From an uncultured delta proteobacterium (GTDB taxonomy: Bacteria; Myxococcota_A; Polyangia; Fen-1088): 64,000 nucleotides of DNA. Positions within the stretch are counted from its first letter, which is position 1. Each line of letters opens with the position of its first letter. The position numbers were made by a program, and so were the translations under genes. Below the pieces are notes generated by a model, which was given only the letters and a program-made list of their open reading frames with translations, made no database searches and was not told the origin of the DNA. This document shows positions 39,001 to 50,468 of this stretch, piece after piece. The stretch lies in NCBI GenBank assembly GCA_963755125.1, contig CAVWIP010000008.1, positions 437,557 to 501,556 of the forward strand. Reading direction: 5' to 3'.

Positions 39001-42000
39001 GCCACCCGAGACGCGTCGTTGGCGCGGCGAAGCTGATCGGCCGCGCTGGTCACCGCTTCGAGGTAGCGGCCAGCCTGGCCGAGCTTGGCCGCCAGGGCCC
39101 GCGCCTGCCCGTGCGCGCTCGCGCTGTCAGGCACCTTCTCGACGATCTTGAGCAGGGCTTCCAGCGCCTCGCCGCGACGGTCGAGCTTGTCCAGCACCTC
39201 GGCCAGCTCGCACACCACCGCCGCTTCTTCCGCGGCCAGGTTGGCGGCCGCCCGCCGCTTTGCCAAAAGCCCGAGCAAAGCCTCACTCTCGCCAGCGGCG
39301 AGCAGGGCAGCTTGCACACGGCGGGCCTCGACGGCATCGTGCATGGCTCGCGCCAGGGCCGAATCGAGCGCCTGGGCAGCGGCCTCGTTGCGGCCCAGGG
39401 CCAGGGCCACGCGGCGCAGGCGCAGCAAGACCTCGCCGGCGGTGATCACGGCATCGGCCGACTGGCCCCGGCGGGCCAGCACCAGCAGCGCTCGGTAGGC
39501 CTTGTCGGCGCGCTCGAACTCGCCCACTTCCTCGGCCACCTCGGCCAGGGCAAGCTGCACCTCCATGTTGTCGAGCAACACGGAGGAAGCCTGTTCCAGG
39601 TGCTGCAGCGCCAGCTTGGGGTTCTTCTCGGCGCGCGCCACCTGCGCGACCTGATGGTGTAGCGCAGCCCGCTCGCGCGACTGGCGACGGCCGTACTCTT
39701 CCAGCACGCCTTCCAGCACCGCGCGCGCTTCGGCCAGGCGGCCGGCTGTGCGCAGACCCTCGGCCAGGGCGAGGCGCAGGCTGCGATCGGCGGGCGCAAG
39801 GGCCAGTGCCCGTTGCAAGGCCGGCACCGCCCGCTCGGGGCTGTGCAGATGCTCCTGGCAGACCAGCAGGGTCTCGCGCGCACAGGCCACCACGGCGTGC
39901 GGATTGTCCAGCCGGGCGCAGCGGTCGGTGAGAGCCCGCGCCAGCGCCTCCCAGCGCTCGGCATCGCGGTACAACTGGGTAAGCAACACCCACAGCTCGT
40001 CGGCGACCGGATCTTCGGCCAAGGCGCGCTCCAGCGAGGCCACCGCCCGGTTGTGCTGGCCGGCCGCCACGTAGGCGCGGGCCAGCTGCGCCGCGGACTG
40101 GCGGCGCTCGCCCGGATTGCCCAGCGACATGCGCTGCTCCAGCCACTGCGCCGCGAGCAGGGGCTCGCCCGAAGCGATGCACAGGCGGGCCAGGCTGTCG
40201 AGCGCAGCCGAGCTGCTCTCCAGCACGACCACGCGTTCCCAGGCCGCGACGGCGCGTGCGCTGTCGCCGAGCGGGGACTCGGCCAGGGCCGCGACTTCAG
40301 TCCACAGACGAGCGGCCCGCGCGCTGTCGCCCAACCCCTCCAGCTTGCGCGCCTGCGCGGAGAGAATGTCCGCCAGCTCGCCGAATCGGCCGCGCGCGCG
40401 CAGCAACGTGCCCAGGGCAGCCAGGGTGGCCGGGTGGCCAGGCAACTCCTCCAGGTTGGCCAGCAGCGCCTCGAATCGACCAGTGCGTCCCTCGACCACT
40501 TCGCCCAGTCGGGCGATCTCCAGGCGCAAGGCCAGGCGCGCCTCGCCGTCGGACAGCAGGTCCAGTTGGCGACGGCGCACGGCGATCAATTCGGAGAACT
40601 GCTCCGCCTCCTCGTACAGGCGGGCCAGAACCGCCATGGCCTCGCGGTCGTCGGGCTCGTCTTCGACGATGTGCCGGTAAACCTCGCGCGCCACGGCCTT
40701 GTCCGCCTCGATCGCAATCTTGCCGACGCGCGCGCGCAGGCCCTTTCTGTCATCGGCAGACAGGGGCAGCCGACTCGTGTCGAGCAGCAGGTCCACCGCC
40801 TGTCGAAGGTCGGCCGGATCCTTGCTGGCCAGAAGCGGGCTCACCAGGCCATCCACGGCGCGCAACACAGCCGCGGCCGGCACCAGCTGGCCCTCGGCAG
40901 GGCCGCCCAGACGGAGAAGCTCGACCGCGCGATGGTGCAGCACGGTCAGGCAGCGTTGCCCGAGTTCCATGTCGTGCAGCACGCGGCCGGCCAGATCGGC
41001 AGCCTCGGCCATGGCATCCAGATCGCGCGGGGCGAGCGCCACGATCTTCATCAGCGTGTCGAGCAAGGGTCGGCCCCCACGGCTGCGCTGGACCTGCGCC
41101 AGGCGACGCAGGGTCGGCAGGTGCTCGGGGTCGTAGGCCAGGGCGCGCAGCAGCGCCTGTTCCGCCCAGGCCTCGCTGTCGGCGACCGGATAGCCCGCGA
41201 TGCGTTCCTCGATGGTCCGGGCAAAAGCGCCGGGCAGCGACGGACGACGGGCCAGGGCAGCGGACAGCGCCGTGCCCAGGGCCGCAAAGGTGGCGGCGGG
41301 ATCGGCGGACGCGGCCGCCGTTTTCTCCACGATGGGCAGGTGCTCAGCCAGCAGCCGGTCGGGCGAGAACGGCTCTGCCATGGCGGTGTCAGCGGCCAGC
41401 TCGCACGCGCCGGTGTTGGCGGCCAAACGGATCACCGCCGCGCGCGCCTGCCGATTGTCGGGCGCGCCCTTGAGGGCTGCCTGATACGCGCTGAGCGCGC
41501 CCTTCTTGTCGGTCAGTTTCTCCTCCAAGAGGCGCGCTTGCAGCAGGCGCAGGTGTACCGTGCGCGCCAGCGAGGGCGCCAGCGAGGCCGCGGCCGCCCC
41601 CAGGGACTCGGTCACCAGAGGCCAGCCCGAAAGGGCGGTAGCCAGACGCATGATCTCGCTTTCCAGATGGCCGTCGTCCGGGGCCAGGCGCAGAGCCGCG
41701 CACAGGTGCGGCAACGCCTCCTCAGCACGATCGGCACGCATCTCTGCCAGGTGCGCCGCCTCGGCGAGAAGACGCGCGCGCGCCCGGTCGTCCGCCGCCA
41801 CGGCCAGGCGATGGGGCAGAAGAGCGAGCAGGGCAGCCCAGTCGTCGGCGGCTTGCAGGGCGCGGACAAGCGCCGCGACCGCAACCGGCCGGCAGGCGGC
41901 ATCGGTGAGCAAAGCCGCCAGGCCATCGCGCGAGCCGGTCAACGTGGGATCGATGTCCAGTGCGCGCGCATACCACGACGTGGCGGCCGGGCCGTCGCCC

Positions 42001-43850
42001 AGCTTGGTCCGGCAAAGGTCAGCCAATTGCACGAAGAGCGCGACCAGGTGAGCCCTTTCCTTCTCACCGATCTTCGTGCCGAGCGCGAGCCAATCGGGCC
42101 AGCGTTCGGCCTGCGAGAAGAGATCAAGCAGCGCCTCGCTGGCTTCGCGATCGTCGGCCCAGGATTGCAGCACTTCCTGCAGCGTCGCGATGGCCTGCGC
42201 CGTCTGGCCCAGGTGCACGCTCTGCACACGCGCAAGTTGCATGAGATCGGCGCGGCGCTGGGTTGGCGGCAAGTCGATATTCGCGCGCCGGCGCAGCACC
42301 ACGGCCAGATCAGCCCAGCGTTCGGCCGCGGCCAGCCGATCGACCAGACTGTCGAGCGCCTGGCGGTCGTTGGGGTCGGCCTGCAGCCGCGTCTCCCACA
42401 GCCGCATGGCTCGCTCCACCTCGCCCCGCTGCGTGGCCAGGTCCGCCGTCTCGCCCAGCAAGGCCCGCCGGGCGCCGGGCGTGGTCTCGAGGGCAGCCTG
42501 CTTTTCCAGCACGTCCAGACGCTCGGCCGCGTTCTCCTCGCCCTGCAGAAGCTGGGTCAGCTTGCGCAACGCCGCCAACACCTGCACCGGCTGCGCCGCC
42601 TCGTCCTCCACCACCTTTCGATACAGCACCTGTGCATCAGAGGCGGTTTCGTCACCGATTTGCGCCGCCTCCAGCCAGTAGGCCACGCGCAGCTTGGCAT
42701 CCAAGGTGGCGCCCGCAGCGGCCAGCAGACCCCGCCGGTACGCCTCGGGCGCACCGGTCGCCTCGGCCAGGTACTTGAGCCGGACGCGCAGGGCCGGCTC
42801 GTCAGGATCGAGCGCCAGCATCTCGACCATCTGCTCGCGCGCCGCGGGCAGATCGCCTTGTCGATACAGGTGGTCGGCGATCTCGCGCACCAGCGCGCGC
42901 TTCTCGGTCGCTTCGGCAAATCCGAGCGCGGCCCGCAACGCGACCGCCAGCCGATCGGGCCGATTCTTCTGGGTGTGGCGGGCACGCAGGATATCAAGCG
43001 CGCGCCAGCGCACGGTGGCAGAGAGCTCGGCCCCGCTCAGCACGCGCTCGGCCACAGCGCAGGTCGGGCCGTCGTCGGCGATGCGGTTGTTGGCCAGGAT
43101 GTGTTCGACCTCGTCGAGCGCCTGTTCGGGCTGGCCCAGCTTGTCCACGCACAGGCTGGCCAGGCGCAGGCGCACCTCGTCGGCCTCCGTTCCCGGCAAG
43201 AGCGGCAGGCGGATGCGCAGCATATCGACCAGGGCCTGCCAGAGCCCTTGCTGTTCCAGGAGACGTTCCAGGGCCGAGGAGATATCGGGGGCAGCGGGCG
43301 TGGTGTGAAAGAGCGCCTGCAGGTAGCCGATGGCCCGTTCCGTCGCGCCCGAATCACTGGCGACCGCTGCCGCCTCTTGCAGAAGGCGATGGCGCCGGGC
43401 CCCTTCGGACACACCGGACAGCGCCTGATCGTAGGTGGCCAGTACCTCGTCCCAGCGTTGCTGGACCGAGAGCAAGATGGTGATGCGCTCGAGCGCCCAG
43501 TCGGCATCCGGGTCCGCCGCCAGAACCTGTTGTAAAAGCTCGACCGCGCGATCGGTCTCGCCCGCGTACCATTCCTCGAAGAAGCGCAGGGCGCGCTGGC
43601 CGAGCGTGGTCACCGTCTCGGGTTCGAGGCCCGGCTTGAGCAGCTTGCGATAGAGCGCGGCAAGCTCGTCGGGCTTCTGCTGCTGGCCTGCCAGCGCCTC
43701 CGCCTCGTCCCAGGCCGCTGCATTGCCCGGTTCGGCCTGGGCTGCTGCCAGCGCGGCCTTCAGCTTCTCGGCCGCGGCCTTGTTCTTCTCGGCGGCGGCC
43801 TTGTTCGGATCATCACGTCGCGAACCTGTTGATTTCGTGTCGCGTTTCAT
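36033..43850 (-). CDS. Giant TPR-like alpha-solenoid protein (2605 aa)
   Basis: Uninterrupted ORF with recurrent AL..DP TPR-like motifs; GAGGGG RBS; no signal peptide seen. Confidence 0.88.
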   Translation of the reverse strand: MKRDTKSTGSRRDDPNKAAAEKNKAAAEKLKAALAAAQAEPGNAAAWDEAEALAGQQQKPDELAALYRKLLKPGLEPETVTTLGQRALRFFEEWYAGETDRAVELLQQVLAADPDADWALERITILLSVQQRWDEVLATYDQALSGVSEGARRHRLLQEAAAVASDSGATERAIGYLQALFHTTPAAPDISSALERLLEQQGLWQALVDMLRIRLPLLPGTEADEVRLRLASLCVDKLGQPEQALDEVEHILANNRIADDGPTCAVAERVLSGAELSATVRWRALDILRARHTQKNRPDRLAVALRAALGFAEATEKRALVREIADHLYRQGDLPAAREQMVEMLALDPDEPALRVRLKYLAEATGAPEAYRRGLLAAAGATLDAKLRVAYWLEAAQIGDETASDAQVLYRKVVEDEAAQPVQVLAALRKLTQLLQGEENAAERLDVLEKQAALETTPGARRALLGETADLATQRGEVERAMRLWETRLQADPNDRQALDSLVDRLAAAERWADLAVVLRRRANIDLPPTQRRADLMQLARVQSVHLGQTAQAIATLQEVLQSWADDREASEALLDLFSQAERWPDWLALGTKIGEKERAHLVALFVQLADLCRTKLGDGPAATSWYARALDIDPTLTGSRDGLAALLTDAACRPVAVAALVRALQAADDWAALLALLPHRLAVAADDRARARLLAEAAHLAEMRADRAEEALPHLCAALRLAPDDGHLESEIMRLATALSGWPLVTESLGAAAASLAPSLARTVHLRLLQARLLEEKLTDKKGALSAYQAALKGAPDNRQARAAVIRLAANTGACELAADTAMAEPFSPDRLLAEHLPIVEKTAAASADPAATFAALGTALSAALARRPSLPGAFARTIEERIAGYPVADSEAWAEQALLRALAYDPEHLPTLRRLAQVQRSRGGRPLLDTLMKIVALAPRDLDAMAEAADLAGRVLHDMELGQRCLTVLHHRAVELLRLGGPAEGQLVPAAAVLRAVDGLVSPLLASKDPADLRQAVDLLLDTSRLPLSADDRKGLRARVGKIAIEADKAVAREVYRHIVEDEPDDREAMAVLARLYEEAEQFSELIAVRRRQLDLLSDGEARLALRLEIARLGEVVEGRTGRFEALLANLEELPGHPATLAALGTLLRARGRFGELADILSAQARKLEGLGDSARAARLWTEVAALAESPLGDSARAVAAWERVVVLESSSAALDSLARLCIASGEPLLAAQWLEQRMSLGNPGERRQSAAQLARAYVAAGQHNRAVASLERALAEDPVADELWVLLTQLYRDAERWEALARALTDRCARLDNPHAVVACARETLLVCQEHLHSPERAVPALQRALALAPADRSLRLALAEGLRTAGRLAEARAVLEGVLEEYGRRQSRERAALHHQVAQVARAEKNPKLALQHLEQASSVLLDNMEVQLALAEVAEEVGEFERADKAYRALLVLARRGQSADAVITAGEVLLRLRRVALALGRNEAAAQALDSALARAMHDAVEARRVQAALLAAGESEALLGLLAKRRAAANLAAEEAAVVCELAEVLDKLDRRGEALEALLKIVEKVPDSASAHGQARALAAKLGQAGRYLEAVTSAADQLRRANDASRVADLLLRAGEAAEHDLRDVARATALYHRVEQTGQRLAEALTGLARVSLKVGDEAEQRRATAQLRRMSQLAGNPAEKADLLFRVAECQLGLPGSRDEGLDALALAVDLSHDLARATALVEAAHVPEADLARVMPVYEKVARASSDEHVLLDFYERRAALPDARSEDVRDGVELAVSLGEGARAEKLIERAIVLARAVPGGLRGATWAILDLVRRLRSRGDWDGVTRILEDTREAWPNPRLAPVVREMARAASEHPESAEAAARLFEHLRTLYPLDREVWEPLLRLYAGLGNRAALESLVRELAEKLMARSDRNTARLAWAKFLLGEKKTEEQATAVLREVLAEDPSHPEGLMVLADLHERRGEMTRAVAVLSEALSSGEGAGTGAGRVALARRLGELVKKIEPASAKKVYRQVLAAPFSDLGIRRSLQLSLLDLLSEQDELAERAALSEEILAGESGAEAAARAVDLAELRTRLHDDAGMRRALELGRNRCPDDADLFQRLTTCYTEHELWPELVALLTGEAARVDADKAGPLLHQAARIQRDKLRDEAGAARSLRRAMEGAPGDIETLRELTASLASSGDSAAARSVVTDALADGAQEGRADLLQLRAELAAAGGDETAAVADMEEALTLGASEVVPSLSQTLTRIAERATAAGDLAAARTATLRLAEVVRGSGDQAQADQILFRWIDAHPTDREVLQSMRVRFEAEERWDAAASVWSRLAQIEQGEALAETVLAMAAACEKIGRGAEVIPWLQEVLRQIPGHAPVLARLAQLLQAGGNAIEAAELQIQMADRETDEGESYRLLVGAAETLLGAGAFPASATALEKAAALRPTERVGRTLLIDAYIGMGEIARGAEVLASLLAEAKTMRAEELAVLYQRQAQLAAAKGDNEGRLQALKKALETDRKSVAIASEVADLAEAAGDDELAMRALRVVTANPVKDPKGSAVAYYRLGRIAHKSRDKARAIIFVKRALQEDPELAEAKALLDELK

Positions 43851-44221
43851 GACCCCTCGTCAATATGTGGGCGTGAGGTGAGGATAGTAACAGGTTCGCA
43901 ATAGCGAGCATTGGCAAAGTTGGGGACACGCCACGGCCGGAAATCCCCGTCGCTGACGGGGAAAACTCGGGGGGCACTGCTGTGTCGGATTCGGACCGAG
44001 CCGTCGCGTCGCGAGGAGGCCCGGCCGCGACGCGCGCCGAGGGAAGACACTCGACGTATCTGACCGAGAAGTGAGAAAGCGGACGGGACCCGCAGAGGTC
44101 GCGTGGGGACGGTCGGGCTCTGCCTGACCGTCCATCCGCGGGAGGTGCGGAACCCTCCCAGGGTTCCGCCGACTGGAGACGCCGACGGGAGAATCCGACA
44201 CGGCAGTGCTAGGCTGCGGCT

Positions 44222-44938
44222 GTGCTGTGGAATCTGTACGCAACCTGCTTCGATGTGGTAGCCGGGCTGGCGCCGTACCAGGACATGCTCGACGAGGTGG
44301 TGGCAGCCCTGGACCTGCGGCCGGGCCTGCGCGTGCTGGATGCGGGCTGCGGCACGGGCGCCCTGGAGGCGCGGCTGGCCGAGCGCCATCCCGAGGTCGA
44401 GGTGGTGGCGGTCGACGCCTCGCCCGCCATGCTGGCGCGAGCCCGGCGGCGGACCTGGTCAGTCAGCCCGCGTTTCGTGGACGGGGACATCGACGACTTC
44501 TTGGCCAAGGAGAAGGGGCGGTTCGACCGCGTGGTGAGCGTGAATGTGATCTGGGCGCTGGCCGATCCCTCGCGAACCATCGATCACATGGCGAACTGTC
44601 TGGCCGAAGGCGGCCGCATGGTCCACACGACCCCGCGCTGGCGCTTCCGTTTCGACGTGATTGTCGCCCGTCACCTGCGGCGGGCGCGCGGCGTTCGAGC
44701 GTTCGCGCGTGGGTTGGCCCTGCTGCCCGTGCTGGCCGTGGCGGGGTTGCTCAACCTGGCCCTCGTGTTGCGGGTTCTGACAGCAAACCGCGCCTGGCGC
44801 GATCGCAGCCGCTGGCAGGCTGATGGGCTGGCGCGGCTGTTTTCGCGGCCGGGCCTCGGGCCGGTCGCCATCAGTCCCACTTATGCGGGCCAGGGATTCC
44901 TCGTCATGTGCGACAAGACGCCTGCACCCCTGTTATAG
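44222..44938 (+). CDS. Class I SAM-dependent methyltransferase
   Basis: VLDAGCGTG, VDASPAML. Confidence 0.85.
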   Translation: MLWNLYATCFDVVAGLAPYQDMLDEVVAALDLRPGLRVLDAGCGTGALEARLAERHPEVEVVAVDASPAMLARARRRTWSVSPRFVDGDIDDFLAKEKGRFDRVVSVNVIWALADPSRTIDHMANCLAEGGRMVHTTPRWRFRFDVIVARHLRRARGVRAFARGLALLPVLAVAGLLNLALVLRVLTANRAWRDRSRWQADGLARLFSRPGLGPVAISPTYAGQGFLVMCDKTPAPLL

Positions 44939-44946
44939 AAGGGGCC

Positions 44947-45456
44947 ATGGATTTCCAAGAATTGATCCGCATCCGCCGCAGCATCAGGGCATACCGGCCA
45001 ACCGAGGTGCCCGAGGATGTCCTGCACCGTGTGCTGGACGCGGGCCGCGTGGCTCCCACCGCCTGCAATATCCAGCCCTTCCAACTTGTGGTCGTCACCG
45101 ACCCCGAGGTGCGCGCCAAGCTCAAGGCCGCCTACCGCCACGACTGGTTCTGGAAGGCGCCGACGATTGTCGCCGGTTGTGTCGAGCCGGCCAAAGCCTG
45201 GGTGCGGGGCGATGGCTTCAATTCGGCCGAGGTGGATATCGCGATCGTCATGGACCACATCATCCTGGCGGCGACCGAAGAAGGCCTGGGCACTTGCTGG
45301 GTCTGCGCCTTTGACGAGCCCAGGGCCAAGGAGATCCTGGGCGTGCCCGAGGGCGTGCGCATCGTGGCCATGACCCCGCTCGGCTATCCTGCCGCCGAGC
45401 CCGCGCCTTGCGTGCGCAAACCCCTGCGCGAGCTGGTGCGCAAGAACCGCTGGTAG
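44947..45456 (+). CDS. Nitroreductase family protein
   Basis: RRSIRAY, APTACNIQP, EEGLGTCW, PLGYP. Confidence 0.93.
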   Translation: MDFQELIRIRRSIRAYRPTEVPEDVLHRVLDAGRVAPTACNIQPFQLVVVTDPEVRAKLKAAYRHDWFWKAPTIVAGCVEPAKAWVRGDGFNSAEVDIAIVMDHIILAATEEGLGTCWVCAFDEPRAKEILGVPEGVRIVAMTPLGYPAAEPAPCVRKPLRELVRKNRW

Positions 45457-45468
45457 GATGCAGAAGAG

Positions 45469-45906
45469 ATGCTGAAACGAGACGCTGCGAACGAGACCCA
45501 AGGGACGAGCCTGCTCTTTCACGCCGGCAACGTCGTGGTCAATGCAGGAATCTTCTTCATCATCGGCGCCGGATTCGGTCACTGGACAAGTGCCACAATC
45601 AGCTTGTTGACCTGCATTGCCACCGGCGAAATCATGATCTTCACCCAGCCGACCGGCGCGGTGGATACCCTGCGTCAGTACCGCAACGGCGACTTCGCCC
45701 CTTCGCGATCCTTTTCCAGCAACGCGCTCAACTTGGCGGCTCGCTATGGTCTCAGTGCCTACGATGCGCTCTACGCCTGCCTCGCACATTTCCTCAAGAC
45801 GACGCTGGTTACCTGCGACGTCCGCTTGATTCGCGCCCTCGCCGGCAGCGCAATCAGCCTGTCAGATCCCGTGGCTGCGTTGCGCTTGTTTGAGCCGCCC
45901 GCATGA
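45469..45906 (+). pseudogene. Chimeric ORF: membrane-protein fragment fused to a PIN/VapC C-terminal fragment
   Basis: 3' part ALNLAARYGLSAYDALYACLA...LVTCD is a PIN C-terminus lacking its N-terminal half. Confidence 0.6.
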
Positions 45907-46157
45907 TCGACCAGGGATTTCGGCTCCCTTGCAAGGCGAAGCGCATGAAGCGGCCGCGGTTGCCCAAAATCTTGGACTGCGAGATGATGGGGAGCGGCCG
46001 TTGATGGACGTCCCCCGAGGAGCATCTCCTGTCCGACCGCCAGCGCCGAGCAGCCGCCTGAGCCGGAGGCTGGCCGTCGATGCCCAGCGATCAGGACACT
46101 GACGCGCATTCTGCTACCTTAAGAAGCAGGCTACGATAGAGGTCGACGATTCCAAAA

Positions 46158-46955
46158 ATGCCGACGAACCAGGCAGAAGAACCCGTCGCCATTGTAACCG
46201 GGGCCAATGGGGTCATTGGCAGGGCCATTGCCGCTGGCATCGCCAAGGCTGGCTTTGCAGTCGTCATGGTTTGCCGGGACGAAAAGCGCGCAGACGAGGC
46301 TCTCAAAGAGGTCCGCCGAGCGAGCGGCAGCTCGGATGCGCGGGTTGAGCTGGCCGACCTGTCGCGACGCGAGTCCGTGTTCGCGCTGGCCGCGCGTTGG
46401 CAGGGGCGGCTCGACGTGCTGGTGAACAACGCCGCCATCGCGCCCCGACGCCGAAGCGAAACCCCCGATGGCATCGAGCTGCAGTTCGCGACCAACGTGC
46501 TCGGCTACCTGTGGATGATGCGCGCCTTCGAGGCGACGCTGCGGCGATCGGCTCCGGCGCGCGTGGTGAATGTGGCCAGCTACTGGGCCGGCGATCTGGA
46601 TCTGTCCGACCTGCAGTTCCAGCGGCGTCGCTACGACAATGACCAAGCCTATCGCCAATCCAAGCAGGCCAACCGCATGTTGACCGTCGCCTTCGCGCAA
46701 AGATGGCGCGACTTTGGCATCACCGTGAACTCCTGTCACCCCGGCGACGCCAACTCAGCCTTGAGCAACGCGCTCGGGTTTGGCGGCAGCGAGACGCCCG
46801 AACAGGCCGCGGCCACGCCGGTGTGGCTGGCGACCGAGCCGTCGCTGCGCGACGTCACCGGCCAGTATTTCGCCAATTGTCGGCCCGCTCGCTGCGTCTT
46901 CGCGGCCGACGCGCAAGCCATCGCCGATCTGGACGCGATCTGCGCCAAGTACTGA
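46158..46955 (+). CDS. Short-chain dehydrogenase (retinol-DH/WWOX-like)
   Basis: TGANGVIG, NNAA, YRQSK, HPG. Confidence 0.92.
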   Translation: MPTNQAEEPVAIVTGANGVIGRAIAAGIAKAGFAVVMVCRDEKRADEALKEVRRASGSSDARVELADLSRRESVFALAARWQGRLDVLVNNAAIAPRRRSETPDGIELQFATNVLGYLWMMRAFEATLRRSAPARVVNVASYWAGDLDLSDLQFQRRRYDNDQAYRQSKQANRMLTVAFAQRWRDFGITVNSCHPGDANSALSNALGFGGSETPEQAAATPVWLATEPSLRDVTGQYFANCRPARCVFAADAQAIADLDAICAKY

Positions 46956-47026
46956 TGCACTCTTTCGTCGAAAAACGGAAAACCGCCCGCTATGCTTGAA
47001 GCTCAACATCCCTCCGAGGTACCGAG

Positions 47027-47515
47027 ATGCAAATTGGGAACGAGACCGTTGTCACCATCCACTACACGCTCACCGACGAGAAGGGCGTGATCCTGGATTC
47101 TTCCGCCGGCGAGGAGCCAGTTTCCTTTGTTCACGGAGCTGGGACCATGATCCCGGGTCTGGAGAAGGCACTGCTCGGCAAGTCGGCCGGCGATGCACTC
47201 AAGGTTTCGGTCGCCCCGGCGGACGGCTACGGGCTACGCGACGAGGAGCTGGTGCAAAAAGTGCCGCGCAAGAACTTTCCCATCGAGGACGTCGAGGTGG
47301 GCATGCACTTCCAGACGCGCAGCCCGAACGGGCCGCGCATCGTCACGGTGCTGGCCACCGACGACCAGGACATCACCGTCGATGCCAACCACCCGCTGGC
47401 CGGCGCCACGCTGAACTTCGACGTCCAGGTGCTGAATGTTCGCGCTGCCACTCCCGAGGATCTCGCGCCGCCCAGTTGTGGTAGCTGCGAAAGCTGCAGC
47501 GGCCACCACCACTAG
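47027..47515 (+). CDS. slyD: SlyD-type FKBP PPIase
   Basis: VTIHYTL, IPGLEKAL, DANHPLAG, Cys/His tail. Confidence 0.92.
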   Translation: MQIGNETVVTIHYTLTDEKGVILDSSAGEEPVSFVHGAGTMIPGLEKALLGKSAGDALKVSVAPADGYGLRDEELVQKVPRKNFPIEDVEVGMHFQTRSPNGPRIVTVLATDDQDITVDANHPLAGATLNFDVQVLNVRAATPEDLAPPSCGSCESCSGHHH

Positions 47516-47533
47516 AAATCACATCTTTAAAAA

Positions 47534-49012
<1,479 letters not shown>

Positions 49013-49066
49013 AGCGCTGCAGCTTATCGCCTTTTCCCGCTTCGCGCAGCGCCTGTCGTAAGCTCC

Positions 49067-50367
49067 GGGATTCGGAGTGGCGGGGCGCGGTATAGGTGTG
49101 GGTAGCGTTGAGGGTGGCAAGGGGCGCTGGCGGCTACCGGGGCGGGGCCGTCGTCGGTGGGGGCGACCTGCGGTCGCCCATGTGGCCCGGGACAGGGCGG
49201 TGTCAGGGATGGGTCAATCATTTCGTAGACCTCGAAGCGTTTCATCGGGACCTCCCTGCGGCCACAGCCGTCGGGCAGCGATGACGGTCCCCGAGCCCGG
49301 CGCAAGCACGAAACGACAGGGTCAGCGCGAAACCATCCCGGCCGGTGGCGGGCGCGAAGCCGTCAAGAGCCGCAGCGCTTGCGAAGAACGCCACGTGGGG
49401 CGAAGCTGCAGTCGAATACGAGTTGGGCAGACTGAGGACCATCCATGTGGCAACCAAAATCGATCGGTGACGTCATAGCGGAGCGGGGATGTGCCTTGAG
49501 GCGGGGTAGCCGCCGTGAGGGTCGCGTTGTGGTCAGTTTCGGCACGCCTGTGCGTTCCCCGAATCCGGAAAGGGGAGATCCCTGGTGGTGTCCCGTTCGG
49601 ATCAAGGGTCCGGGCTTCGACGTCATGCGCTCGACTGCTGGGCTCGATTCTCTCCAAGCCTTGATCTTGGCACTCGAGTTTGTAACTCAAATACTTCCGC
49701 ACGAAGCAAAGCGCATGGGCGGCGAAGTTGTGTGGCTCGGCGACCACGAGCGAATCGTATTCGCGCGGCAGTCGCTCGCTCGCGCGGCGGAAGAGGCCAT
49801 CATAGTCCTGCTCGCGCGCCTGAAGTCTGTCGCTGAAATTCTCGATTCGGGCGACAAGAAGTCCCGTCACGCTGCCAAACGCTCGATCGATGCGCTCGCA
49901 GCAATCGCATCGAGTGTGGGGCATCCACCACCATCAAGGAGACCTGTGCATCCAAGGAGGAAAACTTGATCTCTTGGGCGCTGCCCAACCAATAGGCGTT
50001 TGATCCGGTTGCAGGAGTAGAAACCCTGTCTGTCTCGCGGAGGGCCGAGCGGCCGGATCAAACGTCGTGTTGAATGAAGCCGCGGGTTCGAGAGGTGAAC
50101 CCGGCTGTTGCCCGATGGGCAAAGTGGAATGTCTTTGTGACCCATGCGAAATGCGGGGCGATGGCTCGGACTTGTCTTCTCGGTTGTGAGGACTTCGATC
50201 GGGCCGATGAGGCGCGATTCGTGGGCAACCTGGCCAAGCACAAGCAGGCCGTTCGCGACCAATTCGCGGAGATATCCATGGCCATCAGCAGGCCCCGCCC
50301 CTGTCACCGCCCTTGCCTCCCCTCATCGCCACCCACACCTACACCGCGCCCCGCCACGCCGAATCCC
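49067..50367. mobile_element. ~1.3-kb cassette bounded by ~60-bp inverted repeats
   Basis: 49067-49126 is the diverged reverse complement of 50308-50367; no transposase inside. Confidence 0.55.
49445..49969 (+). CDS. DUF6968-like hypothetical protein
   Basis: VIAER...GTP...WWCPVRIKG...GLDSLQALILAL; GAGG RBS. Confidence 0.7.
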   Translation: MWQPKSIGDVIAERGCALRRGSRREGRVVVSFGTPVRSPNPERGDPWWCPVRIKGPGFDVMRSTAGLDSLQALILALEFVTQILPHEAKRMGGEVVWLGDHERIVFARQSLARAAEEAIIVLLARLKSVAEILDSGDKKSRHAAKRSIDALAAIASSVGHPPPSRRPVHPRRKT

Positions 50368-50468
50368 AGAAGCATCTCTAACAGTTGTAGAAAGTCGGCG
50401 GACATCCGATAGTTAGAATTGCACTCGCCGCATGCCGACCAGAGGGATTTTCGCCGGACAGACGAACC

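Noticed and set aside
37725..43535. Long plus-strand ORFs (645 and 1240 aa)
   Set aside because: Antisense shadows of the high-GC TPR gene with no recognisable motifs
50377..50419. TCTAAC...GTTAGA resembling an integron attC site
   Set aside because: Only ~43 bp, no paired L boxes, and no integron integrase or cassette array in the window
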